Below are positions 1 through 9,941 of a stretch of DNA of 64,000 nt, one piece after another. The notes under the pieces are model-generated. The model did no database searches. It had not been told where the DNA came from and worked only from the letters and a program-made list of their open reading frames with translations. This DNA is from Caldisphaera sp. (lineage in GTDB: Archaea; Thermoproteota; Thermoprotei_A; Sulfolobales; Acidilobaceae), in NCBI GenBank assembly GCA_049971805.1, contig JBMFKU010000001.1, positions 70,498-134,497 on the forward strand, written 5' to 3'. How positions within the stretch are numbered: position 1 is the first letter of the stretch; each line of letters begins with the position of its first letter. Position numbers and translations under genes: made by a program.

Positions 1-196
1 ACAGTTGTTTATCATAAGCCTCTAATTTGCTTAGATTATAGTCTAATTTGTTTATTTGTGTTGCAATTTTATATGTTGCAGATATTATTTGCCCCTTTAA
101 TGGGGGAGGTGGTCTTACTGCAGTTTTAATCTTTTGACCAATAGTTTCCTTCTTTTGTTCATACCATCTCTTATTCCAATCTTCTAAGCTGCTCAA
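1..196 (-). CDS. cdvB: ESCRT-III/Snf7 family cell division protein (CdvB-type), 5' part; runs off the window edge
   Basis: Not in the ORF track. Manual translation from TTG at 196 (GGTGA SD upstream) gives MSSLEDWNKRWYEQKKETIGQKIKTAVRPPPPLKGQIISATYKIATQINKLDYNLSKLEAYDKQL, resembling crenarchaeal CdvB paralog N-termini. Divergent from cdvA. Confidence 0.75.
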   Translation of the reverse strand, partial: MSSLEDWNKRWYEQKKETIGQKIKTAVRPPPPLKGQIISATYKIATQINKLDYNLSKLEAYDKQL

Positions 197-310
197 GCAT
201 CTTTCACCAACTAGTATAGTTTTAAAAAATAGCTAATAAGGAGAAAAACTTAATAAATAGGGGTTTCACATTATATATCCTTCTAGTTAATTAAAGATTT
301 GGTGTCTTAA

Positions 311-1027
311 GTGGTGATCCTAAGAATCGATGAGGTATCAAGATTTACTGGCGATGACATATATGATGAATATGGAAGAAATTTGGGAACAGTAATAAGT
401 ATATCAAGCTCAGTTGATGGTAAGGTAGAAAACATTTCAATAAAAATTGCTGATAGAAACATTGAATCAATAGATGGAGAAAGATTAAAGCTTCAAGATG
501 GTAAAATAGTTGTTGTTCCAACCTGGAAGTTTGAGGCCAGTAAACTAATAGAAAATCTCGATAGAGCATATAAAAGAAGGAAAGCGTTAGATACTATATC
601 TGGTCAAAATGACCTGCCGAGCAGTGTAGTAGACCCAATGAAAAGAAGACTTGATGAAGAAATAAAGGCTTTAAGAATTAAGGCCGATGAGGTTAAAAAA
701 ATTATAAACGGAAGAGTAAATGAGATCGAAGATGAGGAATTAAAAGTTTCTAGAGCTATAGCAAATATTGAGATATCATATTTTAGTGGAGAAATCAGTG
801 AAAAAGGCTACACACAAAGCATGAACCATCTAAGAAAACTAAAAGACACAAACTCAGAGGAAAAGAGATCTGCTAAAGAATATTTGGAAAAGCTCGATAA
901 AACTGTTCAATTAGCTTTTACAGAAAATAAAGAGGTTGTAAAGCCTAAAGAAATAACTGAACAAAGTAAACAAGTACAAGCTGTACAAGCACAACAGAAT
1001 TCGTTGCTTGTTAAAATAGAAAGCTAG
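311..1027 (+). CDS. cdvA: cell division protein CdvA
   Basis: N-terminal PRC-barrel pattern (FTGDDIYDEYGRNLG..VDG), PTWK, coiled coil, ISYFSGEISEKGY and C-terminal LLVKI tail; colinear with Sulfolobus CdvA. Confidence 0.9.
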   Translation: MVILRIDEVSRFTGDDIYDEYGRNLGTVISISSSVDGKVENISIKIADRNIESIDGERLKLQDGKIVVVPTWKFEASKLIENLDRAYKRRKALDTISGQNDLPSSVVDPMKRRLDEEIKALRIKADEVKKIINGRVNEIEDEELKVSRAIANIEISYFSGEISEKGYTQSMNHLRKLKDTNSEEKRSAKEYLEKLDKTVQLAFTENKEVVKPKEITEQSKQVQAVQAQQNSLLVKIES

Positions 1028-1184
1028 CTATAAAATTAATAGGATTTTTGTGATAAATTTAATGATTTTATTATATGAAATTAACTATAAAATTCTATTT
1101 GGTTATATAATTAAAAATTTTGCTAATCATATTAAATAAAAAGGATAGAAAATATAATCCCTTTTTATCAAACTAAAATAATGA

Positions 1185-1270
1185 GCAGGGGTGCCCGAGC
1201 TTGGTCTAAAGGGGACGGGCTCAAGACCCGTTGGCGTAGGCCTGCGTGGGTTCAAATCCCACCCCCTGCA
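1185..1270 (+). tRNA. tRNA-Leu(CAA), no intron, CCA not encoded
   Basis: GCAGGGG/CCCCTGC acceptor stem, ACGGG-CTCAAGA-CCCGT anticodon arm, long variable arm, GTTCAAATC T-loop, followed by a T-run. Confidence 0.95.
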
Positions 1271-1354
1271 TTTTTTAATTTAATGGTAATTGATTTATTA
1301 AATATAAATGCAAAATAAACAAAAATTTTTAACTACTATCATACCTTACTATTT

Positions 1355-1882
1355 TTGGTGTTTGCAATGAAAAATCTTAGTAAAGGTATAGTTGCAGGTG
1401 TATTAATAATTGTTATAGTATTAGCTATTGGTCTATATTATTATGAATCCTATGGATATGCAAGATTTTATATTTCTGATCCTGGAAACAATAGTTATGC
1501 TCAAATATACTTAACGATCTCATCTATAATGATACATTCAACCAACAAAGGGTGGATAACAGTTTCAAATAAAACTCAGACAATAGCGTTATCAAGCACT
1601 CCCCAACTTTTGACTTCAACTACGATACCTAGTGGAAATTATACTGAAGTAAGATTTGTAGTTGAATCTGTCACAATACAGCTATTAAACAACATTAATG
1701 TTTCTGCAAATTTACCAAGTAATGTATTTAAAATAGCAATTCCAGGAGGTCTTTTAATATCTCCAGGAAGAACTACATATGTAACTATTAGCTTGGGATC
1801 TCATATAACTGAAACTGGAAATGGAGAATACATTTTAAGGCCTCTAATTGCTGTTACTACTTCAAATTCTCCCCCTAGCTAA
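1355..1882 (+). CDS. DUF4382-like membrane-anchored exported protein
   Basis: N-terminal TM helix, ISDP motif, IPSGNYTEVRF, beta-rich with terminal YILRP; start may be ATG 1367. Confidence 0.65.
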   Translation: MVFAMKNLSKGIVAGVLIIVIVLAIGLYYYESYGYARFYISDPGNNSYAQIYLTISSIMIHSTNKGWITVSNKTQTIALSSTPQLLTSTTIPSGNYTEVRFVVESVTIQLLNNINVSANLPSNVFKIAIPGGLLISPGRTTYVTISLGSHITETGNGEYILRPLIAVTTSNSPPS

Positions 1883-1889
1883 TTAAAAA

Positions 1890-2741
1890 TTATTTATTTT
1901 GTTCTTGAGCTCCTTGCTGTGTTTGCTTAGCTTGTGTTTGCATTATTTCTTGCATTTTTTGTATTCCAAACAAGTTAATTGGAGAGCCGGTTAAAGGACC
2001 TGCAGCAGGTAGATTAACAGGTATTAACATTAATGTATTCCTTCCCTCCATACCTAACTCATAAATCATGTTCATCCATCTAAGCATAAATGCTTCATCA
2101 TGATCTTTATAGAGGCCTGCTGCCTCAACCATTTTTTGAGCGGCCTCAAATTCTGCCTCTGCCAAAGTAACTCTAGCCCTTCTTTCTCTTTCTGCTTGAG
2201 CTTGTCTTGACATAGCTTCTACTAAGTCATGAGGAATTTCGACATTTCTTATCTCAACAGCTGTTACTTTAACACCCCATGCTTCAGTTTTACTATCAAT
2301 TATATTTCTTGCCAACGCCGCAACTTTATCTCTTTCCGCTAAAACTTCATCTAGAACAGTTTGACCAATAACTTCTCTTAAAGTTGTTTCAGCAGCTAAC
2401 TGTGTAGCTATATTAAAATTTTCTACTGACAAAACAACTTTTTCTAAGTTTACTGGTTGATAATACATTACTGCATCTACCACAACAGGTACATTATCTT
2501 TTGTCAATGATTGTTCAGTTCTAAATGCTAAGGCCTGCAGCCTTGTAGAGATCCTAAAAGGTATTCTACTTATTATTGGTATCACGTAAACTATACCTGG
2601 TCCTTTTAAGCCTCTAAATCTGCCCAGCACCAATACAGGTAATCTTTCCCATTCGTTAACTATCTTTATACCACTTAATAATATGGCCAACACTATTAAT
2701 AATATAAAAACTTCGATAGCTAATAGTGCAATATTAATCAA
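1890..2741 (-). CDS. SPFH/band 7 stomatin-like (slipin) protein
   Basis: LGRF..LKGPG, TKDNVPVVVDAV, TTLREVIG, WGVKVTAVEI, QAQAERERRA. Confidence 0.92.
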   Translation of the reverse strand: MINIALLAIEVFILLIVLAILLSGIKIVNEWERLPVLVLGRFRGLKGPGIVYVIPIISRIPFRISTRLQALAFRTEQSLTKDNVPVVVDAVMYYQPVNLEKVVLSVENFNIATQLAAETTLREVIGQTVLDEVLAERDKVAALARNIIDSKTEAWGVKVTAVEIRNVEIPHDLVEAMSRQAQAERERRARVTLAEAEFEAAQKMVEAAGLYKDHDEAFMLRWMNMIYELGMEGRNTLMLIPVNLPAAGPLTGSPINLFGIQKMQEIMQTQAKQTQQGAQEQNK

Positions 2742-3233
2742 ATTTTATCCCTCTGTTAGTATTAAATTACAGGCTTAAAAATCTATGTTTTTAAATGAAA
2801 ATTCTTTTAATTAAGAGATGCTGAATTCAGAGGCTGTTTTTCTCTTTGTAATAAAGGCGAATCCCCCTTATATTGGAAAAGATTAAAAAATATTAATCTA
2901 ATTTTTATATCATCGAATAAAATATGAAAATAGATACACAGGTTTAATAATATAAAACCTAATTAATGTTAAGAAGGATGACCAAAAATAAATTAAGATT
3001 TTTTAAATAATAGTGAATTCATCATTTAGGGTAGATATGTAGCTAAATCTATGTTTTTTATAAGATCTCACCTTCATGACAGAGAGGGCAGATTATTACG
3101 GTAAAGTGGTTTAAATATCTCATCCCTTGAGTTTACATAAAAATTAGGTATTAACGAACTCATAATAAAGGATGCATATAAAATGAAAAAGTCTGAAATA
3201 ATTTCTTAATTTCTCATTAATAGAAGTTGTATC

Positions 3234-4514
3234 TCACTTATTATTTGCTTTAACTATTAGTTTTAATCCTTCTATCCTTATAACTTCTACTTGATCTCCT
3301 ACATTAGCGCTGCAAGACTCGCATTTGGCTTTCCATATAATGCCTTCTATCCTTATCTCCCCTTCAGGATTTAAAGGAGATACAACAATTCCTCTCTTAC
3401 CTATTAATGATTCAGGGCCTGCTAGCTTATTTTTCTTTCTCAAAGGACCTGCCACCCATCTTATGTACAAACCTGCTACTACTCCAACAGCTCCAACACC
3501 AGTAATTTCTAGCTGAGATATATAACTATTAGGAACTCCGCTTGATATCATTGGTATACCTTCTGCCATTAAATAAATACCAACTGCAGCAATTATCATA
3601 CCTGCCATAAGAGCAAATCCATGGCCAAGCTTTAATTCTACAAGCATTACTGCTGCCCCTATAGCAATTAAAGAAATTCCTAAAACAGATGCACTAATTA
3701 TTTCAGCTCCAACCAAACCCGCAATTATTGCTACTATTCCTATTATAGTTAATATTATAGTTGGATGATATAGATCTAAAAGTATTGCTAAAACACCTAA
3801 AGTCATAAGAATGCCATCTAATGTCGAGTTGCTTAAAGCACTTAAAAATTGTTCATAATAATTTTCGCTAACATTTATTTTAGGGTTGTCAGATAGGTTC
3901 CATATTTCCAATGCCTGACTAAAAGAATTCGATATACCGTTTATTAGATGATACTGGTATGCTTGTTGTGAAGTAAAGGCTATATCATATAATACCATAT
4001 CCTGAGCAGCAGTAACATTTCTTCCCCATTTTTGGGCTAAACTTTCCATAAAACTAATCATGGCATCTTCTGTGTGATTTTGCTCTAAAGCAGTTCCACC
4101 AACTACTATTGGGGTTGACGGACCTATTTCTGACCCATCTCCCATAATAATTTGGTTTGTAGCCATAGCAATATAGCTTCCTGCTGAAGCAGCCAAACTA
4201 TTTGGTGGAACATATGTGTAAGTTGGTATTCCTGATTTATTTGCTTCTTCTATTGTATTAACTATATTAACCATATCGCTAAGATATCCCCCAGGCGTAT
4301 TCATTACTATCACTATTGCGCTTGCATTGTATGATTGTGCAATAGTTAAAGCTCTGTTTAACATATCTGAAGATCCTATATCAACTGTAGTATCAAAGTT
4401 TACTATTACTATTGGCTTTTTATTATTGTTCACATTTATTGAGTATGCTCTAATAGATAGGGCTAGAATTAAAATCAATAATATTACTATTACTATTGAT
4501 TTTTTTATGTTCAT
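3234..4514 (-). CDS. nfeD: long NfeD membrane-bound serine protease (ClpP-like + TM + OB fold)
   Basis: NTPGG, AASAGSYI, GPSTP, TM block, C-terminal GEIRIEGIIWKA; neighbours a stomatin gene. Confidence 0.88.
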   Translation of the reverse strand: MNIKKSIVIVILLILILALSIRAYSINVNNNKKPIVIVNFDTTVDIGSSDMLNRALTIAQSYNASAIVIVMNTPGGYLSDMVNIVNTIEEANKSGIPTYTYVPPNSLAASAGSYIAMATNQIIMGDGSEIGPSTPIVVGGTALEQNHTEDAMISFMESLAQKWGRNVTAAQDMVLYDIAFTSQQAYQYHLINGISNSFSQALEIWNLSDNPKINVSENYYEQFLSALSNSTLDGILMTLGVLAILLDLYHPTIILTIIGIVAIIAGLVGAEIISASVLGISLIAIGAAVMLVELKLGHGFALMAGMIIAAVGIYLMAEGIPMISSGVPNSYISQLEITGVGAVGVVAGLYIRWVAGPLRKKNKLAGPESLIGKRGIVVSPLNPEGEIRIEGIIWKAKCESCSANVGDQVEVIRIEGLKLIVKANNK

Positions 4515-4618
4515 TCTTATTCCCCGTTATCTGATAACACTTAAAAGCTATAAACTATATTACTAGTATTTGTTTAATAATAATAATTTGTGGCGATTAC
4601 TAAATAAAGGGTGATATA

Positions 4619-5020
4619 ATGCAGTATAATGATAATGTGGGATTTTTTTCCAGAATAAGGTGGGGGCCTGGAAGCTTAACATTGATCTCGATACTAATAA
4701 TTCTTTTTATCATATCAATATTTTTATACTTAAAAACAAAGTCCATATATTATTTGTTTATTTTAATTGTTTTAGCCATAGCCATTATTTTAATTGTTTT
4801 AGCCAAATCATTTGAGATAATAACACCAATAAATGTTAATCAATCAACTTTAATAGGATCAAAAGGTGTTGTAATAAAAGCCATAACACCAATAAAGCCT
4901 GGAGTTATTAAAATTAATAATCAGCTTTGGTCTGCAAAGAGCAATGAGAATATAAATAAAGGAGAAAAGATAATAGTAACAAATATAGATGGAATATACC
5001 TAGTTGTTAAAAAAGAATGA
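4619..5020 (+). CDS. short NfeD family protein (OB domain)
   Basis: two TM helices, then LIGSKGVV...GVIKINNQLWSA...GEKIIV. Confidence 0.8.
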   Translation: MQYNDNVGFFSRIRWGPGSLTLISILIILFIISIFLYLKTKSIYYLFILIVLAIAIILIVLAKSFEIITPINVNQSTLIGSKGVVIKAITPIKPGVIKINNQLWSAKSNENINKGEKIIVTNIDGIYLVVKKE

Positions 5021-5166
5021 TTTCAAAGGAAATCATTAATAATTATTATAGTCATGCTTCTTTAAAGCAAAGTTATGTAATAAATATTAATTTAAAATAT
5101 TTTTAATTTGAGTTCTCAAGTTATATGATTTGCAATTAAACTGATCTCATTATATAATGAGATCAG

Positions 5167-5610
5167 TTATTTATTTTTTTGTTTTATTGACTCCAAAATA
5201 CGATTGTATTTGTTAATCAATTTAGTTAATTCGTTGTATAGTAATTTTTCACCTACATTTCCTTCAATAACCTTTATTATTTTATTATTGTAACAATTCA
5301 TAATTAATAAAGTTACTGGAGAAACATTAATGCTGTATTTTTTAAACGCATTTAATGCACACTCAGACTTACAATCATATATAAACCAGTTGCATGATAC
5401 TACAAAAAAATAAATGAAGTCGATATTCTTGTTTGTTCTTACGAACTTATCTACAAACGGATACCATAATAAATTAAAGAGTTTGCATGCAGCGCAATAT
5501 CTATTACTAAAATATATAACATTTATTCCATTTTCTTTCCTAAATTCGTCACAATTAATTTTCTTCCAGTTAAAAGAAGATTTATCAAAAAAAATAAATC
5601 CCATTTTCAA
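5167..5610 (-). CDS. thioredoxin-fold protein
   Basis: YFSNRYCAAC CxxC motif, extra Cys residues, VSP cis-Pro-like motif. Confidence 0.6.
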   Translation of the reverse strand: MKMGFIFFDKSSFNWKKINCDEFRKENGINVIYFSNRYCAACKLFNLLWYPFVDKFVRTNKNIDFIYFFVVSCNWFIYDCKSECALNAFKKYSINVSPVTLLIMNCYNNKIIKVIEGNVGEKLLYNELTKLINKYNRILESIKQKNK

Positions 5611-5618
5611 TTAAATTA

Positions 5619-6236
5619 TCAGTAAACATTATTGATCATCAGCCATACCCATGGTGTGTATTTCATCCATCCAGCTGTGTGCTCAAATATTGCTTCTAAT
5701 CCTATATAATATGATAATATTCCTGATAAGACAAATGATATCAATGCTGTAAAGCTCCAATATCTTTTTGCCTTTGTTTGTAATAATTGGCTTAAAATTC
5801 CATAGATTCCTATCAATATATACAATGCAGCAGCTGCTGTTGGCGAACTTGTTAAACTAAAATGTAATATAACGTCTCCATAAACTATTATTGGTATTGA
5901 AATAAATGCTATACCAAGTAATATGCCAAACAAAGGTGCTTTATTTAAACTAGCAAAACCTAATGCAAGCAGTACTATACCATGCAATACATTAGGGTCT
6001 ACCAAAATTAAATTATAGGAGCTTGGCAATGGCCAGGCAAACATTCCCAAAAATCCAAATATTAAAGCAAAGATTCCTAAAAATACAAGAAAATATCCAT
6101 AGTCCATGTTTATTTCTGAGAGTTTTTGTTTATCATAGCTAATTGAGAAGTTTAGGAAAACCCAACTTGCTAAAAGTAATAGACCAGCACCTAACAAATC
6201 TAATTGTATATCAAGTATATCTATAAAATAAGCCAA
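5619..6236 (-). CDS. DUF981-like integral membrane protein
   Basis: six hydrophobic helices and WPLPSSYN..DP motif. Confidence 0.75.
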   Translation of the reverse strand: MAYFIDILDIQLDLLGAGLLLLASWVFLNFSISYDKQKLSEINMDYGYFLVFLGIFALIFGFLGMFAWPLPSSYNLILVDPNVLHGIVLLALGFASLNKAPLFGILLGIAFISIPIIVYGDVILHFSLTSSPTAAAALYILIGIYGILSQLLQTKAKRYWSFTALISFVLSGILSYYIGLEAIFEHTAGWMKYTPWVWLMINNVY

Positions 6237-6328
6237 TTTATCACCCTATAATAATCTCTAAATATAGAATTAAATTGTTTTAATACTGAAAAGTATTTAT
6301 TCTCTATATAGATAAATTTAAATATATG

Positions 6329-7210
6329 CTATTTTTCATTATGTAATTCCTTTATTGCATTAACTATATAAGATAATGAATCTTTGCTATAGCCTTCTAT
6401 TTGGTCTTGCAATAATGGAAGCTCTATTGAGTAAATATAGTTAGTTAAAGGAATAACTTCTTGTGTTTTAACAGTCCACGGTTTTCCATTTGTTAGTATT
6501 AATTCTATAGCTTTCCTGAATCTTTTACCATCAATAACTATAGCCGATCCAGGAGTAACTGCTATAACTAAATCGCTGTTAATTGAATTGATAGTTGGAG
6601 ACGCGACATTTGAATTAGATTCTATAACTATTGCTTCATGCCTATTTTCTAGATAATTTAAACATTTATCAATCTCATTTATTGCACCGCCACTTATTAA
6701 GTTAAATAAATAATTATCGTCTACTTTTACTAGGTTATCAAGAATAGATACTAGATCTAATATTTCATATCCAATATTTTTAGTGCTTTTATTTATTGCA
6801 CCCTCATTTATAAAATGTATATTTTTCATCTTATTATTGCATGAGGTCAGCCTAGAAATTCCCATCCTCATGTTAGGCGAATATAATGTTGCATTAAAAG
6901 AATTTAATGAATTAAATTTTTCAGGCAAAACAGGTAATAGCAGACCTCCAAACGGATTTAATAGGTTTATTGGTTCTTTTTCTTTCGATGATTTATATAA
7001 TATGATTGAATCCTTAGTTATTACCATTTTTTGCCTTCTGGATTCTTCCAAGACTTCCGGGTGTTCCCAAAGCTCAGTATTACCTAATGGTTTAAAGCCT
7101 ACAGAATCGAATCCTTCACTTATTAATGCAGATATCAAGCTAGATGCAAAGGTTGTTTTTCCTGAGTTTTCCTCTAGCAATCCTATTATTAATATTTTCA
7201 TTTTATACAC
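6329..7210 (-). CDS. archaeal P-loop ATPase (DTBS/CobQ-like, uncharacterised)
   Basis: ENSGKTT Walker A, GFKP, VIES. Confidence 0.7.
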   Translation of the reverse strand: MYKMKILIIGLLEENSGKTTFASSLISALISEGFDSVGFKPLGNTELWEHPEVLEESRRQKMVITKDSIILYKSSKEKEPINLLNPFGGLLLPVLPEKFNSLNSFNATLYSPNMRMGISRLTSCNNKMKNIHFINEGAINKSTKNIGYEILDLVSILDNLVKVDDNYLFNLISGGAINEIDKCLNYLENRHEAIVIESNSNVASPTINSINSDLVIAVTPGSAIVIDGKRFRKAIELILTNGKPWTVKTQEVIPLTNYIYSIELPLLQDQIEGYSKDSLSYIVNAIKELHNEK

Positions 7211-7279
7211 CGTTTTCCTCTACAAATTCTTTTTAATTTTTAATAAGAGTTATTATTCTTGTGTCTAATTATGATTATA

Positions 7280-7344
7280 GGCGATGAAGAGAGTTGTGCC
7301 CGGAAGGAGTAAAAAGCGATGACGATCTCTGGGGTATCGGAGCC
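7280..7344 (+). ncRNA. candidate C/D box guide sRNA
   Basis: GC-rich island: GGC + GATGAAGA (C-like) + 10 nt + CGGA (D'-like) + GATGACGA (C'-like) + 12 nt + CGGA (D-like) + GCC, then a T-run; D boxes are non-canonical. Confidence 0.4.
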
Positions 7345-7833
7345 TTTTCTTTACAGAATAGCTTGCCAAATGATAAAGGTCTTTATATAATAGGCTTTCA
7401 AATAGTAAACAGAATTAAGTTTAACATAAATAAGAAGTTATATAAATTAGACAATGGATTTGTAATATATGTTGGATCTGCAGGCAATGGATTAAGGGAT
7501 AGATTAAAAAGACACCTATTAAAAAATAAAAGAATTAAATGGCACATAGATTACCTTTCATCTAGTATTGATTCACTACCAATATTTATTTTTTATGTTA
7601 AAGGAAACTATGGAGTTATTAAAGAAGACAATTTAGCAAGCTTATTAAAGAAGAGCTTTACAAATATTGGTATGTTAGGATCAACAGATTCTAAAGAGCC
7701 ACATCTGTTTTATTCTGATAATGAACAAAAAATATTAGAATTTTTATTAAAGACAATGGAAAATACGGAAGGGAGTGAAATGTTTATAATGCCTACGTTT
7801 TATAATAAAAAATTGAGTATATCGTTTATATAG
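7294..7833 (+). CDS. DUF123 / GIY-YIG (Uri) family putative endonuclease
   Basis: GLYII...YVGSA...RLKRH...WHIDYL...GSTD...HLFY; true start probably downstream near LPNDKG (about 7363). Confidence 0.8.
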   Translation: MCPEGVKSDDDLWGIGAFSLQNSLPNDKGLYIIGFQIVNRIKFNINKKLYKLDNGFVIYVGSAGNGLRDRLKRHLLKNKRIKWHIDYLSSSIDSLPIFIFYVKGNYGVIKEDNLASLLKKSFTNIGMLGSTDSKEPHLFYSDNEQKILEFLLKTMENTEGSEMFIMPTFYNKKLSISFI

Positions 7834-7850
7834 AAGTGTGGTGGTAAAAA

Positions 7851-8507
7851 ATGAACAATATAAAATTAGTAGTTTTTGATGTTGATGGTGTATTGACAAA
7901 TGTAAAAAGTAGCTGGGAGTTTTTACACGAGTATTTTGATGTTGCTGACAAGGCAAAAGAATATTATAAAAAATTTGAAAAAGGCGAAATTGATTATATG
8001 GAATGGATGAGATTAGATACTTCACTATGGATTGATAAAAATAATGGTAAATTAAAAATAGAAGAATTGGTAAAAATTTTATCAAAAATACCTGTAAGAG
8101 ATGAAATAAAAGATGTTTCAATATGTTTGCATAAAAATAAAAAAACTATAGCTTTACTCAGCGGTGGTATAGACATATTGGTTAATAGAATAGCCGATAT
8201 TATAGGAGCAGAAATTTGGATGGCAAATGAATTGGAATTCAATAAATTTGGTTACTTAGTTCCAGGAGGTTTACCTATGGTTGGAACTAATAAAGAAAAG
8301 GCGCTTATGAGAATTTTACAATATTTAAATGTAGAGCCACAAGAAACAATGTATGTTGGAGATTCTAAGTGGGACTATAATGCTATGATCAAAGTTGGTT
8401 ATCCAGTTTTATTTGGTAATGATGAAAGTCTATTAAATATTTCTAAATATAAAATTAGCAATTTAAATCAAATATGTGATATTATAAAAAAGATTGAAGG
8501 AAAATAA
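7851..8507 (+). CDS. HAD-IB phosphatase (phosphoserine phosphatase-like)
   Basis: FDVDGVLT, LSGG, K, YVGDSKWD motifs. Confidence 0.85.
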   Translation: MNNIKLVVFDVDGVLTNVKSSWEFLHEYFDVADKAKEYYKKFEKGEIDYMEWMRLDTSLWIDKNNGKLKIEELVKILSKIPVRDEIKDVSICLHKNKKTIALLSGGIDILVNRIADIIGAEIWMANELEFNKFGYLVPGGLPMVGTNKEKALMRILQYLNVEPQETMYVGDSKWDYNAMIKVGYPVLFGNDESLLNISKYKISNLNQICDIIKKIEGK

Positions 8508-8530
8508 ATTGAAGAAAAATAATAAGGTGT

Positions 8531-9796
8531 TTATGCTTGTTTTATATAATCCACCAGTACATCAGTATATTCACTTGTTGATATAGGTGTAACACCAGGC
8601 ATTTCTCTTGCTAGGTCATAAGTGACGTGTTTATTCTTTATTGCTTTAACAATGGCATCTTCAATATATAGTTTAACTTCTCTCCATCCAACGTAATCTC
8701 CTATCAATACGGCAGCGCTTAATATTTCTGCTGTTGGGTTTGTAACATTTTTGCCAGTATATTTTGGAGCACTTCCATGGACTGGTTCTGCGACTGCAAC
8801 ACCATCTCCCATATCTAATCCAGCAGCCATTCCAATACCTCCTACCAACGCATTTGCCTCATCACTGATGTAATCTCCATTTAAGTTTGGAGATACTATG
8901 ATATTGTATTCTCCTGGTCTTGTTATTATTTGTTGTAGCATGTTGTCTGCAATTCTATCATTTACTACTATCTTGTTTTCTGGCGTCTTTCCAGCATACT
9001 TTGTATTAACTTCGTCCTCTGTAACTATATAATCCCTAAATTCGTTTAATGCTACCTCATATGCCCATTCTCTAAAAGCCCCTTCAGTGTATTTCTGTAT
9101 GTTTCCTTTATGCTGTATTGTGACACGTTTAATATTATTTCTAACTGCCCATTCCAATGCCCTTCTCATAAGCCTTTGTGTACCAAATTTTGATATTGGT
9201 TTGATTCCAATTCCAGCATCAGGCCTTAGTTCTATCTTTAATTCCTTTTTGAAGAAATCTCTAATTTTATTGGCTTCTGAGGAATTCCATGGAAATTCTA
9301 TACCCATATAAACGTCTTCAGTATTTTCTCTAAATATAACCCAATTTATTCTGTCTGGATGACAATGAGGAGAGGGTTGACCATACCATTTAACTGGTCT
9401 TATGTTTGCATATAAATCTAAAATAATTCTTAATGAGACATTTAAGCTTCTAAATCCACTACCAACAGGTGTTGTTAGCGGTCCCTTGAGATTTATTCTT
9501 GATCTCTTAAATGCCTCTAGAGTTGCTTCAGGCAAAAGATTTCCGCACTCTTTTTGTGCCTCTTCACCAGCTGCTACTTGCCACCAAAAGATTTTTCTAT
9601 TTGAGCCATAAGCTTTTTGAACTGCTGCATCAACAACTTTGATTGCACTATTTACAATTTCAGGACCAATACCATCCCCTTTAAAGTAAGCTACTATTGG
9701 AGTATCAGGTACAATCAATTTACCATTTTCATACTTTGCAAATTTTCCCTCTGATGGAGGTTTTAATTCATCAATTGAACACGGAATTTTTCCCAA
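8531..9796 (-). CDS. icd: NADP-dependent isocitrate dehydrogenase
   Basis: GDGIGPEI, KGPLTTPVG, RSLNV, FRENTED, HKGNI, NLNGDYISD, HGSAPKY. Confidence 0.96.
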   Translation of the reverse strand: MGKIPCSIDELKPPSEGKFAKYENGKLIVPDTPIVAYFKGDGIGPEIVNSAIKVVDAAVQKAYGSNRKIFWWQVAAGEEAQKECGNLLPEATLEAFKRSRINLKGPLTTPVGSGFRSLNVSLRIILDLYANIRPVKWYGQPSPHCHPDRINWVIFRENTEDVYMGIEFPWNSSEANKIRDFFKKELKIELRPDAGIGIKPISKFGTQRLMRRALEWAVRNNIKRVTIQHKGNIQKYTEGAFREWAYEVALNEFRDYIVTEDEVNTKYAGKTPENKIVVNDRIADNMLQQIITRPGEYNIIVSPNLNGDYISDEANALVGGIGMAAGLDMGDGVAVAEPVHGSAPKYTGKNVTNPTAEILSAAVLIGDYVGWREVKLYIEDAIVKAIKNKHVTYDLAREMPGVTPISTSEYTDVLVDYIKQA

Positions 9797-9941
9797 CTAC
9801 TCTCACCTATATAAATTTGCATATGTATAGGGTATAAATTCATTATCATTTAGTAAATTATAAAGATGTTATAAATAAATTATAATAAAATATTTTTAAT
9901 TTGAATTTAAAAACTGATTGATAAAAAATAACAAATCTTAT

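Noticed and set aside
7294-7833. GIY-YIG protein as a mobile homing endonuclease or defence nuclease
   Set aside because: DUF123-type stand-alone gene common in archaea; no intron, intein or defence context
6783-8242. Antisense shadow ORFs (e.g. 6783+, 7747-, 7994-; also 45777+, 27544-, 62288-, 13696-)
   Set aside because: They overlap well-supported genes on the opposite strand and show no recognisable motifs
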